NCBI GenBank assembly: GCA_964349515.1
Contig: CAYGHG010000003.1
Span: 1-55,556, forward strand
Length of the DNA stretch: 55,556 bases
DNA from: an uncultured Spirochaetia bacterium
Lineage (GTDB): Bacteria; Oederibacteriota; PGYV01; CAYGHG01
Direction of reading: 5' to 3'
The translations under genes were made by a program, and so were the position numbers. Shown here in pieces: positions 36,308 through 45,774 of this stretch (its first letter is position 1; every line of letters starts with the position of its first letter). The notes beneath the pieces were generated by a model that saw only the letters and a list, made by a program, of their open reading frames with translations, had not been told where the DNA came from and did not search any database.

Positions 36308-37569
36308 TTCTGCCTTCTCACCCTGATGCTCATCATGTGGTTATTAAGCGTCTCTGTCCCTGCCATAAGCTCGGCGTCCGGACCGAATGTTTCAATCGCG
36401 GCTTTTGAGCATTTTACTATGTGAGTGTGCTTCATGAAATCCAGTACAGATAAAGCCGAGAAAAACCTGGCAGTCCCATTTGTCGGCAGTATGTGGTTTG
36501 AACCGGCCATGTAATCGCCAAAAGCCACGGGCGAATAATTCCCCTCAAATATGGCCGGCGAATTTGTTATCTGTTTTATTATTGAACCGGAGTTTTTCGC
36601 AAACACTGCGAGGTGCTCGGGAGCTTTGTATTCGGCGAGCATGACAGCCTCTTTCATGTTTTTTACGGTTATTATCGTTACATCAGCGGTACTTCCTGTT
36701 TTGTGGCGGATAAATAGCGCTTCCACGGCGTCAGCAACTGCTTTGGAATCTGTAATAAGCAGCGAGTGCCCGCCGGTATGCTCTGCCTGCGCCATAAGGT
36801 CGTAATAAATGAAAAGAGGGGCAGCTGTCTTGTCCGCGATTATTGTTATCTCAGACGGCCCGCTTATCGCGTCTATGCCGATTTTGCCGAAAAGCCTGCG
36901 CTTTGCCATGGTGGAGTATATGTTTCCCGGCCCTGCCACCTTATCAACTTTTGTTATGGATTGAGTCCCGAGCGCAAGCGCCGCCACGGCCTGAGCCCCG
37001 CCCACTCTATATATTTCCGATACTCCCGCCATGTACGCTGCCGCGAGTATGTAGGGATTTACCTCGCCTTTGCACCGCGGGGGCGACACTATTACTATTC
37101 TTTTAACGCCGGCTTCAACAGCGGGCACTGCCGCCATGAAAACGGTGGAAAAAAGAGGCGCCTGCCCGCCGGGAATGTAAATCCCTGCTGAATTCACAGG
37201 TATGTATTTATGCCTGACTGTATAACCCCTGTTTTTGTATGTATAGTCTTTTATGGATTTTCTCTGAAGCCGGTGGTAAGCCCTGATGTGCGACAGTGCT
37301 GTCTCCATGGCCTTTTTCAGTTTCCGGTCAAGACTAGAATAACTTTTTTTTATAAGTGCAGCCGGAACCCTAAAGGCCGCGGGCGCAACGCCGTCAAGTT
37401 TGAGGCTTAGTTCTTTAAGCGCCAAATCGCCTTTTTTTGCAACCTGCCCTATGATTTCGTCAACTGCCGCAGGGATTTCTTCGCTGCTTTTGTTAATTCT
37501 ATCTATGAGCGCGAGCGTATCTTTTTTTGCAGCCGCGCTGTATTTAATCCTTTTTATCATTTTTTTCAC
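36304..37569 (-). CDS. hisD: Histidinol dehydrogenase
   Basis: GIYIPGG, GGAQAVAALA, GPGNIY, GPSE, AQAEH, APEHL, GDY.AGSNHILPT. Confidence 0.97.
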   Translation of the reverse strand: MKKMIKRIKYSAAAKKDTLALIDRINKSSEEIPAAVDEIIGQVAKKGDLALKELSLKLDGVAPAAFRVPAALIKKSYSSLDRKLKKAMETALSHIRAYHRLQRKSIKDYTYKNRGYTVRHKYIPVNSAGIYIPGGQAPLFSTVFMAAVPAVEAGVKRIVIVSPPRCKGEVNPYILAAAYMAGVSEIYRVGGAQAVAALALGTQSITKVDKVAGPGNIYSTMAKRRLFGKIGIDAISGPSEITIIADKTAAPLFIYYDLMAQAEHTGGHSLLITDSKAVADAVEALFIRHKTGSTADVTIITVKNMKEAVMLAEYKAPEHLAVFAKNSGSIIKQITNSPAIFEGNYSPVAFGDYMAGSNHILPTNGTARFFSALSVLDFMKHTHIVKCSKAAIETFGPDAELMAGTETLNNHMMSIRVRRQK

Positions 37570-39940
37570 CTTTTATCCCTGCATCTTCTTCCTGCGCCGT
37601 TTCATTTTCAGCTGCAGAAGCCTCCGGTTCTGCATGCGTCCTTTCAGCAGAATATGCTTTTCTTTTTTTGACATTGGTCAGGTTGACCCTCTTTAATTCT
37701 TTGTCTATGAGCAAAGCCTCCACTTCTATGCCAAGCACTTCGCCGAGCGTTTTGGCGTAGCCCGCGCCGTTTAACTGCGGGCTTTTAATGACAAGCTTCA
37801 TCAGCGCTTTTTTCAGGTCAAAAGTCAGGAATTTTATCTTTTCAACGCCGGCGTTCTGTTTGGATGTGATTCTAAGTTTTTTTATGTCTTTCAAGCTTAT
37901 ACCGAGCTTTTTCTCTATATCTTTTGCTTTCATTTTTTTCTTTTTAAGTTTTTCCGCCTCTTTAAGCATCTTATTAAGCACTGCGCCTTCCGTCTTCTTT
38001 TCCTTTATGATGACGAGCGTGATGTCGTCATTTTGCGGGTAGCCCTGGGTAAAATCCCGCAGCTCGTTATTTATTGCGTCAATAATTTCGGCGGATTTCA
38101 GCCCGGCGCATTTTATGATTGCCTCAACAAAACGTTTTTCACCGTACTGTTCTCTTTTTCCGTTCATCGCCTCGGTTATGCCGTCGGTGTAAACGGCAAT
38201 CAAATCGTCCTTTTCAAGCTTAACGGTCTCCTCAACCATAACTTTTTTAAAGAGATCCTCGTCCGGCAGGTTTATTCCCAGCGGAAAACCTTTTGGTTTG
38301 ACATAATATACCTTTTTTTCTTTTGCCCTGTAAAGAATCAGCGCATCGTGGCCTGCGCTCGCAAAATTTATCCTTCTGGTTACAGAGTCAAGCACCAGGT
38401 AAAAAGCGGTTACAAACATGCCTTTGCGCATGTCTTCCTTGACGAAAGTGTTTACTTTGGTCAGTACGCTTTTGGCTGATTTGTTCATATGCGCGACCAG
38501 GCGCATGACCGTCCTGGTAATGGTCATGACCAGAGAGCCGGGCACGCCTTTGCCTGATACGTCCGCCACCACAACGCCTATCAGCCTTGTGCCTACCTTC
38601 ATGACGTCATAATAGTCGCCGCCTACTTCTTTTGCCGAGCGGTAAAGCGCCGAGATGTCAAACCCTTCGGTTTCCGGCAGCTGTTTTGGAAGCAGTGTGT
38701 GCTGTATTTCCTTTGCAACAGCTATTTCCTTCTGAAGTTTTTCCTGCTCTATCAGGGACTCCTGCGCGCCTTTGAACTTTACCGCCATATCGTTGAAAGC
38801 CCGGGCAATCTGCGAGAACTCGTCCTCGCCTTCTAACTCAATCCTGTGGTCAAGCCTGCCGTCGCCTATCGCGCGCACGCCTTCGCGCAGAGTCATAATG
38901 GGTTTGGTGAGCATGCCAAGCAGTATATAAATCCCGACAGCCGAAGCCAGAAAAACAAGGCCGCTCATAAATGCCAGATTAAACTTTTTCCCCTCCATAA
39001 CGCGCGAGAGCATCTTTTCAGGAACTACAATATATGCGGTCCCGAGTTTTTCACCTTTAAAAACCACTTCAGAAGATATTTCATATCTTTTTAAATACCG
39101 TTTTACCGATGCCCCCTGTATTTCAGCCGAACTGAAAGGTTTTTCCTTTTCAGAGTGCACCGAGTATATTTTTTTAACGTCGTTATGGGCTATTATCGTG
39201 CCTTCAGCGTCTGCCACAAACAGTTCTCCTATGCCTTCATTGCTGAACTGTATTTCCCTGAGCACTTTAAGAAGCTGAAGGTAATTGCCTTTTAACAGCC
39301 GTTCCTTGCTTGATTCGGCAATGGAGCGGGTGAGTTCGGCGTTATACTGCAAAAACCTGTTTTTCAGCCCTTCTCTCTCGTGGTTTACAAAAAAAACATA
39401 AGAAGAAGCTATAAGCACAAGTATAAAAACCGTTGTAGCAAGTACAAAGCGCTCCCGCACGCTGCGTATCGGGCTTGAAAGTTTTTTGAAAAAATCAGCA
39501 ACAGTAGGTTTTGAATAATACTTGACCAGGTGAAGTTCGTTGCCTCTTTCAGTTATCTTATAACTGCTTTTATCCGTGAGTTTTCTGATAATCCAGAGCC
39601 CGAGGCCCCCTTTTTTTCCTATGTTCACATAGTGATTTAAATCCGGGGTCCTGAAGCTTTCCCAATTAAAGCTTCTTCCCGTATCTATCACGGTTATGTA
39701 CAACCCCTTTTTTCTGGCCTGAATTTCAAAGGCCATATCGCCTTCAGCCTCCCTGTATGCATGTTTTATAAGATTCGCACACACCTCGTCTATGACAACA
39801 GCAAGATTGTTCATGTCTTTGTAGGAAAAATTATTATCGAGGGCTATTTTTCTAACCTGCTCTTTTACATCGTTTAGATAGGCGGGCTTGGCCGGGTAAG
39901 CGAACTTGTATTCCGCAAAGAGTTCGTTCTTAAAAAACAT
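37544..39940 (-). CDS. Fusion: RsbW-like HATPase_c + TM sensor + HAMP + SpoIIE/PP2C phosphatase + HTH-like tail
   Basis: DEVCANLIKHAY / DTG / GGLGL; two TMs; HAMP (DEFSQIARAFNDM); EVGGDYYD, DVSGKG, YTDGITEA, NDDIT; basic helical C-terminus. Confidence 0.9.
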   Translation of the reverse strand: MFFKNELFAEYKFAYPAKPAYLNDVKEQVRKIALDNNFSYKDMNNLAVVIDEVCANLIKHAYREAEGDMAFEIQARKKGLYITVIDTGRSFNWESFRTPDLNHYVNIGKKGGLGLWIIRKLTDKSSYKITERGNELHLVKYYSKPTVADFFKKLSSPIRSVRERFVLATTVFILVLIASSYVFFVNHEREGLKNRFLQYNAELTRSIAESSKERLLKGNYLQLLKVLREIQFSNEGIGELFVADAEGTIIAHNDVKKIYSVHSEKEKPFSSAEIQGASVKRYLKRYEISSEVVFKGEKLGTAYIVVPEKMLSRVMEGKKFNLAFMSGLVFLASAVGIYILLGMLTKPIMTLREGVRAIGDGRLDHRIELEGEDEFSQIARAFNDMAVKFKGAQESLIEQEKLQKEIAVAKEIQHTLLPKQLPETEGFDISALYRSAKEVGGDYYDVMKVGTRLIGVVVADVSGKGVPGSLVMTITRTVMRLVAHMNKSAKSVLTKVNTFVKEDMRKGMFVTAFYLVLDSVTRRINFASAGHDALILYRAKEKKVYYVKPKGFPLGINLPDEDLFKKVMVEETVKLEKDDLIAVYTDGITEAMNGKREQYGEKRFVEAIIKCAGLKSAEIIDAINNELRDFTQGYPQNDDITLVIIKEKKTEGAVLNKMLKEAEKLKKKKMKAKDIEKKLGISLKDIKKLRITSKQNAGVEKIKFLTFDLKKALMKLVIKSPQLNGAGYAKTLGEVLGIEVEALLIDKELKRVNLTNVKKRKAYSAERTHAEPEASAAENETAQEEDAGIKGEKNDKKD

Positions 39941-41328
39941 CAGCGGTTCTCCTTTGTTTCTATTTCCCTGATTAACGAATTAACTTCCTTGAGGTTGTCT
40001 ATGGCAAGTTTATTATATTGGTCAATCTCCAGAATTTTCATCCAGGCCGCACGCGCGCCTTCATAGTTTTCCTTTAAATACAGCTCAACGCCTTCTTTGT
40101 ACAGAGCGATTATCGCAGCGCTGTATTTGGCGGCCTTAGAGTTCTCCGACATACTTTTTATCAGCGATATGTAGTAGGCGGTATTCATGTACTGCGGGTC
40201 CATTTTTCTTACAGCTTCAAACTCCAACAGCGCGGTTGCGTAATCATATTCATAGTACAGCTCCAATCCCCTGGCATAACGTGCGGCTTTCTGCTGTTCT
40301 TTACGCTGCGCCTCGCCCGTGAGTCTGTCTATCCTGTCACGCATATCTTTTAACTCTTTCGCGGCAAACAGCCTTGCTTCCCTTTCTATCTGTTTCCTGC
40401 GGTTTTCTTCTATATTGGCGCGCTCCTCAAATATGTCCCCGCCAAATCTGTACTTAAGAGACACTCTGTGCTGGAAGCCCGGTTCTGCAACAAAAAAACC
40501 GTAATCAACAGCGCCGTACCCGGGTATTTCAATGCCGAGCCCCGCGGAAAAAATCATATCAGTATTAAAGCCTATTCTTAATGAAAAAACCTTGTAGATT
40601 ATCGTATTAATTCCCGCACTTATCTGAGGCCCGGCGTTAAATGCCCATCCTGCGTCAAGATACCCCTCTGCACTGATATCTTCCGTGACCCCCCTTTTGT
40701 AACATCCTGACAGCATCAGCACTACGGGAAAATCTCCGGGCTGTGACTCAAGTTTTATTGAAGGGCCGAAAATATTTCTAACAGCCAGCCCGGCATCAAA
40801 CGAATGCTCTTCATCCTTAAAAACCGCATACACCGCACCCAAATCAACCCCGAATCCCGTATCGGAATAACCGCCAAGAAAGTGAAAACTGTATTTAATG
40901 CCCGCCCCCAGCTTTCCGTCAAGAAACCCCATACCCCAGCCTGCGTATATCTCACCGATATTCTGATTTTCCTGCGATAAAATTACACTTTCAGAATCTC
41001 TAAAATCAATACCCGCGGTAGTTATTAACGCGGCTGATATACCGAAAACACCGAGTTCCAGAGTGGAAAGCCCGAACACAAGATAACTGTAATATGTGTC
41101 AGGCATAAGCGGGGAAAAAGAGGCATGTATTTCATTTTTGGAAAGCCCATACAGCGTCGCGGGGTTAAAAAACATGGCAGCCGCGTCATCTGACGCCGAG
41201 GAATAGGCCCCTCCAAGCGACTGTGCCTTTACGTTTGTACCTATGTCAAGCGGGCTTGTAAGCCCCTGAGAGGCATATATCCACACGGAAAAAAACATCC
41301 CAAACAGGCATAAAATACCCCTTTTCAT
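39940..41328 (-). CDS. PorV/PorQ-like beta-barrel protein with C-terminal coiled coil and TPRs
   Basis: Signal peptide; KAQSLGGAYSSASDDAAAMFFNPATL; GFGVDLG; HRVSLKYRF barrel end; two TPR-like segments. Confidence 0.8.
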   Translation of the reverse strand: MKRGILCLFGMFFSVWIYASQGLTSPLDIGTNVKAQSLGGAYSSASDDAAAMFFNPATLYGLSKNEIHASFSPLMPDTYYSYLVFGLSTLELGVFGISAALITTAGIDFRDSESVILSQENQNIGEIYAGWGMGFLDGKLGAGIKYSFHFLGGYSDTGFGVDLGAVYAVFKDEEHSFDAGLAVRNIFGPSIKLESQPGDFPVVLMLSGCYKRGVTEDISAEGYLDAGWAFNAGPQISAGINTIIYKVFSLRIGFNTDMIFSAGLGIEIPGYGAVDYGFFVAEPGFQHRVSLKYRFGGDIFEERANIEENRRKQIEREARLFAAKELKDMRDRIDRLTGEAQRKEQQKAARYARGLELYYEYDYATALLEFEAVRKMDPQYMNTAYYISLIKSMSENSKAAKYSAAIIALYKEGVELYLKENYEGARAAWMKILEIDQYNKLAIDNLKEVNSLIREIETKENR

Positions 41329-43388
41329 GCATTGGTCTCCAGCTCAAGTTTTTGATTTTCCAGGTCAACTCTTGTAATTATAACAGATATTTCACACCCT
41401 GTCCTGAAAATTTTCTTTGTCCGTTTTCCGACCGCTCTCTGTCCGTCGCGCTCAAAATAAAAGTAATCACCCATCGAGTCAAAAGTTATGAACCCTTCCA
41501 CGGGATAATCCTTCAGCTCCGCGACAAGGCCTGCCTGCGTCACCTTTGTGACTATGGCCTGCATTTCCCTGTCCAGCATTCCGCGCAGGAAATCCAGGGC
41601 ATATACTTTAAAAACCTCATTCTCGGACCGCTCGGCGCGTTCCTCGCAGCCGCTTATGTGAAGGGCTGTGTCCTTTAAATCTTTCCTGTCAGGCACACCC
41701 TCTTTTTCGGATTTTTGCACTGATTTAATAAGCCTATGCAGCACAAGGTCGGCATAGCGCCTGATAGGAGAGGTAAAGTGCGAGTACTTTTCAAGAGCCA
41801 GCCCGAAATGCCCGCTGTTCTTCTCGGAATATTTGGCAAGCTGCATTGAGCGCAGCAGTTTTCTTTCTATTATCTGCTTTCTCGGGTCGTTCTCTATGGA
41901 GGCCGCCACCCGTTGAAAATCCGCGTTAGTACCCCGCTTTAGCCTTACACCGAGGCCCATTGCCTTCATGTAGTTGTTGAAATCATCTATGTCCTTTACA
42001 AAAGGCTTGGGGTGTATCCTGAACATCCCCGCTTTCAGGCGCTTTAAAATAAAATCCGCAGCGCAGACATTTGCAGCTATCATAAAAAACTCCACGAGCC
42101 TGTGCGCGTCAAACTGAACCTTCCTGACTATATCCTCCACTTCCCCGGCGGCGTTAAAAACAAGTTTGGGCTCTCCGAGGGTAAAATCCACGCTCCCCCG
42201 CCTTTTAGCAGCGGTTTTCAGCACTTCCTTTAATTCGTTCATCGCCAGCAGTGTTTCCTTTAATTTTTCCGGCGCTTCCCGTTCTCCCTCTATGATTTCC
42301 TGAGCCTCCTCGTAAGTCAAACGTTTCGCGCTTCTTATCACGCTTTCGGCAATTTCATAACTTTCAATTTCGCCGTATTTATCTATCTTCATCAGCACCG
42401 AAAATGTCATCCTGTCTTCACCTTCCACCAGCGAACAGATACCGTTTGAGAGTTTTTCCGGCAGCATCGGATAGACTTCTTTGGGCAGGTAAACGCTGTT
42501 ACCGCGCAGCCGCGCCTCCCCGTCAAGAGTTCCGCCGGGGGTGACAAAATTTGAAACATCGGCTATATGCACGCCGAGTGACCAGCCTTCTCTTTCTTTC
42601 TTTATGGAAACCGCATCGTCAAAGTCCCTGGCGTCAACAGGGTCTATTGTTATTATAAAATCATCCCTCAGGTCAATCCTGCTCTTTATGTCCTCTTCCT
42701 GTTTTGTCTGCACGGCCTCAGCCTCGGCTTCATCAGGAAAATCACGCCTTATTTCATATTTATCCAGAATAAAGTTTTTATATGAATTTATATCATCCCT
42801 GTCGTACATATATGATATGACGCGCCCCTCAATAACCCCCTCTTTTTCGCTTACTTTTACCAGCACAATGTCATTTTCCTTTACCGGATGGCCGCCCGCG
42901 TCCGTAATCCTGATTACCGGCATCTGCTTTGACATGAGAAACCCTAAAAGCGCAGCACCCTGCTTTCTGACCCGGCACATAACAGGCGCCTCCGTCCTCG
43001 ACACCACCCTGCGCAGGAGCCCCTCCCGCCTGCCGTCGTACTTTTCTATTATATCCGCCTCAACAATATCGCCGGACAGCAGGGGTTCTACCGCCCTTGA
43101 CCCCATAAATATATCGTTACCGTCGCCGGTGACTATAAACCCAAAGTCGTGCCTTATGTCAACCCTGCCTGTTATAGTGTTTGAATTTGTTTTTGGTTTG
43201 TCGGAAGAAAACTTGTTCCTTCCCCTGTACACACCGCCTTCTTTGCCCAGTTCACGGAGTATTTTTTTTACCTGGCTGCGGTAAGACGGGTGTATCTTCA
43301 GCCTGTGCATAATGGTTTTTAAATCAAGGGGCTTTTCCTCATTTCGAAGAAAAGATATTATCTTCTGCCTGTCAGGGCTGTTTTTCAA
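41325..43388 (-). CDS. rnr: Ribonuclease R
   Basis: N-terminal HTH, cold-shock domains, TIDPVDARDFDDA, HFGLA..YSHFTSPIRRYADL, C-terminal S1. Confidence 0.96.
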   Translation of the reverse strand: MKNSPDRQKIISFLRNEEKPLDLKTIMHRLKIHPSYRSQVKKILRELGKEGGVYRGRNKFSSDKPKTNSNTITGRVDIRHDFGFIVTGDGNDIFMGSRAVEPLLSGDIVEADIIEKYDGRREGLLRRVVSRTEAPVMCRVRKQGAALLGFLMSKQMPVIRITDAGGHPVKENDIVLVKVSEKEGVIEGRVISYMYDRDDINSYKNFILDKYEIRRDFPDEAEAEAVQTKQEEDIKSRIDLRDDFIITIDPVDARDFDDAVSIKKEREGWSLGVHIADVSNFVTPGGTLDGEARLRGNSVYLPKEVYPMLPEKLSNGICSLVEGEDRMTFSVLMKIDKYGEIESYEIAESVIRSAKRLTYEEAQEIIEGEREAPEKLKETLLAMNELKEVLKTAAKRRGSVDFTLGEPKLVFNAAGEVEDIVRKVQFDAHRLVEFFMIAANVCAADFILKRLKAGMFRIHPKPFVKDIDDFNNYMKAMGLGVRLKRGTNADFQRVAASIENDPRKQIIERKLLRSMQLAKYSEKNSGHFGLALEKYSHFTSPIRRYADLVLHRLIKSVQKSEKEGVPDRKDLKDTALHISGCEERAERSENEVFKVYALDFLRGMLDREMQAIVTKVTQAGLVAELKDYPVEGFITFDSMGDYFYFERDGQRAVGKRTKKIFRTGCEISVIITRVDLENQKLELETNA

Positions 43389-43403
43389 ATCGAGCCTCCA
43401 TTT

Positions 43404-44321
43404 TTACTTTTTATCTTCCTTGAGCCATGTTTCGGGTATCATTTCAGTGTCTATTTCCTGCTCCCTCCACGTAGCGCCTTCTTTTACCGCATCCGGTTTT
43501 TCTTCCTCCGCCCTGGAAGACGAATAAACCCTGTATGAAACTCCTGCCCTATAGAGCAGCCTGTCATATCTGTTTAGCAGTGCATCCTGAGCGTAAAAAA
43601 GCCCTTCCACGCCTATGGAAAACCTGAAACCATTATCAAACTGAATTACCGCTTTCGGGATAATGTAAGCGCTGCCTCCTTCATTTGAATCAAAATTATA
43701 TTCCGTCTCAACGGTGAGATCCAAAGAATGCCTGTCATCGCTGTATGCCCTGTATCCTAAAACTCCTGACGCACCGAATGTGTAAGGCGCACCATTTATT
43801 AATCCGGCTTCTCCTGACACTCCGGCCCCCCATATAAACTGCCCTACTGCGCCGTCCGTTTCAGCCGCAGCAAAGAAACCGTAGAAATTTCCACGGTTCA
43901 GCAACCCTTCGGCAAATTCTCCCCAGACACCCGGCATCTTAAACCCCGCAGTAACATTAAGCAGTTCTTCCACTCTTTTATGCGCCGATACATATACCGA
44001 GTGCAGGTCATTTCTGTCTTCATTCCCTGATTTCTGCGTTATGTAGGTGAAGTACAAACCCGCGGCATATCCGTCAGGAAGCCCCACCCTCGCGCCCGCC
44101 TCGTATAAAATACCCCTCAGCGGCTCGCTTCTCTCCTGCCACTCACCGGAAACAGGAAGAAAAAAATCCTCATACAAAGCCGAGTACTCAAAATATTTTT
44201 CACTGTATACGGCGTCAACGTCAAGAACTCCCGGAAATGAACCGGAAATACGGTATATTGGCGCGGCGCTCAAAGAAAAAACAGATAAAAGCATTATCAA
44301 AAACGCGGCGGTCCGCTTCAC
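43404..44321 (-). CDS. Exported hypothetical protein, probable outer-membrane beta-barrel
   Basis: Signal peptide; Gly/aromatic-rich alternating strands; acidic C-terminal tail. Confidence 0.65.
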   Translation of the reverse strand: MKRTAAFLIMLLSVFSLSAAPIYRISGSFPGVLDVDAVYSEKYFEYSALYEDFFLPVSGEWQERSEPLRGILYEAGARVGLPDGYAAGLYFTYITQKSGNEDRNDLHSVYVSAHKRVEELLNVTAGFKMPGVWGEFAEGLLNRGNFYGFFAAAETDGAVGQFIWGAGVSGEAGLINGAPYTFGASGVLGYRAYSDDRHSLDLTVETEYNFDSNEGGSAYIIPKAVIQFDNGFRFSIGVEGLFYAQDALLNRYDRLLYRAGVSYRVYSSSRAEEEKPDAVKEGATWREQEIDTEMIPETWLKEDKK

Positions 44322-45355
44322 TTAGAACCCCTGTTCTTCCTGTTTTCAATCTTTGCCGCATTGTGGCCTTCAAGAGTCTCCGAAAAAGTATGTTCGCCTT
44401 CGTCGCGCACCACAAAAAACCTGTACTTGGTGACTGACGGATTAAGCGCCGCTTCAATGGACTTTAGTCCCGGGGCGCATATAGGCGTAGGCGGCAAGCC
44501 TATGTAAATGTATGAATTGTAGGGGGAATCAACGCGCAAATCACGGTAGGTAAGCGCCCCTGTTTTTTTGTTAAGTGCGTAACGTACGGTTGCACATGAC
44601 TCAAGTTTTTTCTGGTAAGGCTCCGGAGATTTCAGCCTGTTTACAAAAACCGAGGCAACTTTGGCCCTCTCGCTGTCGACCTTGGATTCTTTTTCCACCA
44701 GAGAGGCAAGTTTTATTACATAGTAACCGCTCAAAGAAAGCCCCTGTATGTTGTACCTGCCTTTCAGGTCTATTTTTACCTTTTCCCTGAATCTCGCATG
44801 CATAACTGAAATTATTTTTTTTTCACCTTCGCCCCTTACAAAATTATATGTGTCCGGAAAAAGGAGCCCTTCGGCTGACTTATATTCTATCCCGATGCTT
44901 TTCAAAAACTCGCGGTCCGAAGCTATCCTTAAAAACTCTTCCGCATAACCCAGCCCCGACCTTTCAACCAAAGCAGCCATATCACGAAGTTCGCTGCCCT
45001 CCGGGAAAACAATCCTATATTTGATGACATCACCTTTGACAATCCGGTTAAGTATGGAAACCATGTTTTCCGAATAGGAAAATTCATATTCTCCCGCTTT
45101 TAGTTTTGCCCTGCTGCCGGTTGCGACAGCGTATGCCATAAAAATCAGTTTATTTCTGAGAAGCCCCTCTTTTTTAAGCTCCTCCGCGGCGTTATTAAAC
45201 CCGCTGCCGTATTCTATATAAACCCTGGCTGTTTCATTACTGCCAATCTTTGCAGGCAAAAAAAACGCGGACAAGAAATATACCGTCACAAACGCCGCCA
45301 CAAGGACGGGAACTATCAGTACGTTTCTTTTTATCTTTAATAATTTATCATTCAT
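44318..45355 (-). CDS. mltG: Endolytic transglycosylase MltG
   Basis: LKAGEY, FPEG, EGLLFPDTY, ASLVEKE (catalytic Glu), SPYNSY..GLPPTPI; start placed at MNDKLL. Confidence 0.96.
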   Translation of the reverse strand: MNDKLLKIKRNVLIVPVLVAAFVTVYFLSAFFLPAKIGSNETARVYIEYGSGFNNAAEELKKEGLLRNKLIFMAYAVATGSRAKLKAGEYEFSYSENMVSILNRIVKGDVIKYRIVFPEGSELRDMAALVERSGLGYAEEFLRIASDREFLKSIGIEYKSAEGLLFPDTYNFVRGEGEKKIISVMHARFREKVKIDLKGRYNIQGLSLSGYYVIKLASLVEKESKVDSERAKVASVFVNRLKSPEPYQKKLESCATVRYALNKKTGALTYRDLRVDSPYNSYIYIGLPPTPICAPGLKSIEAALNPSVTKYRFFVVRDEGEHTFSETLEGHNAAKIENRKNRGSK

Positions 45356-45774
45356 TGCTTTTTTCCTCCGGAGTTCCTGTTCAGATAGTCCCGCAATATC
45401 AGCGAAGCGGCAATTTTGTCGTTTAAAAGTTTTCTTTTTTTCCTTGATACACCGGCGCTTATCAGCAGTTCTTCGGACTCCGCCGTGGTCATCCTCTCGT
45501 CCCACAGTATTGTTTCAGGCGCGCCAGCAACTGACTCCACAAGCGCCTTTAGCTCCTCCGCCAGAGTGTTGCCTGCGTTTTTTGTGCCGTCCATATTTAT
45601 CGGGTTTCCCACCAGCACAAGGGAGGGCTCATAGTCCCGAAACAGCTTTTCCAGTTCCTTTGGCAGCCTCTCGTTGTTATTAACAAAAGAAAGCGGGGAG
45701 GCAATAGTTCCCGAGGGATCGCTGATTGCTATTCCTATCCTCACCCTGCCCGGGTCAAGCGCCATTATCCTCAT
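45352..45774 (-). CDS. ruvX: YqgF/RuvX-family nuclease (pre-16S rRNA processing)
   Basis: ALDPG..RIGIAISD, VGNP..MDG, DERMTT, DKIAA; alaS-ruvX-mltG synteny. Confidence 0.96.
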   Translation of the reverse strand: MRIMALDPGRVRIGIAISDPSGTIASPLSFVNNNERLPKELEKLFRDYEPSLVLVGNPINMDGTKNAGNTLAEELKALVESVAGAPETILWDERMTTAESEELLISAGVSRKKRKLLNDKIAASLILRDYLNRNSGGKKQ

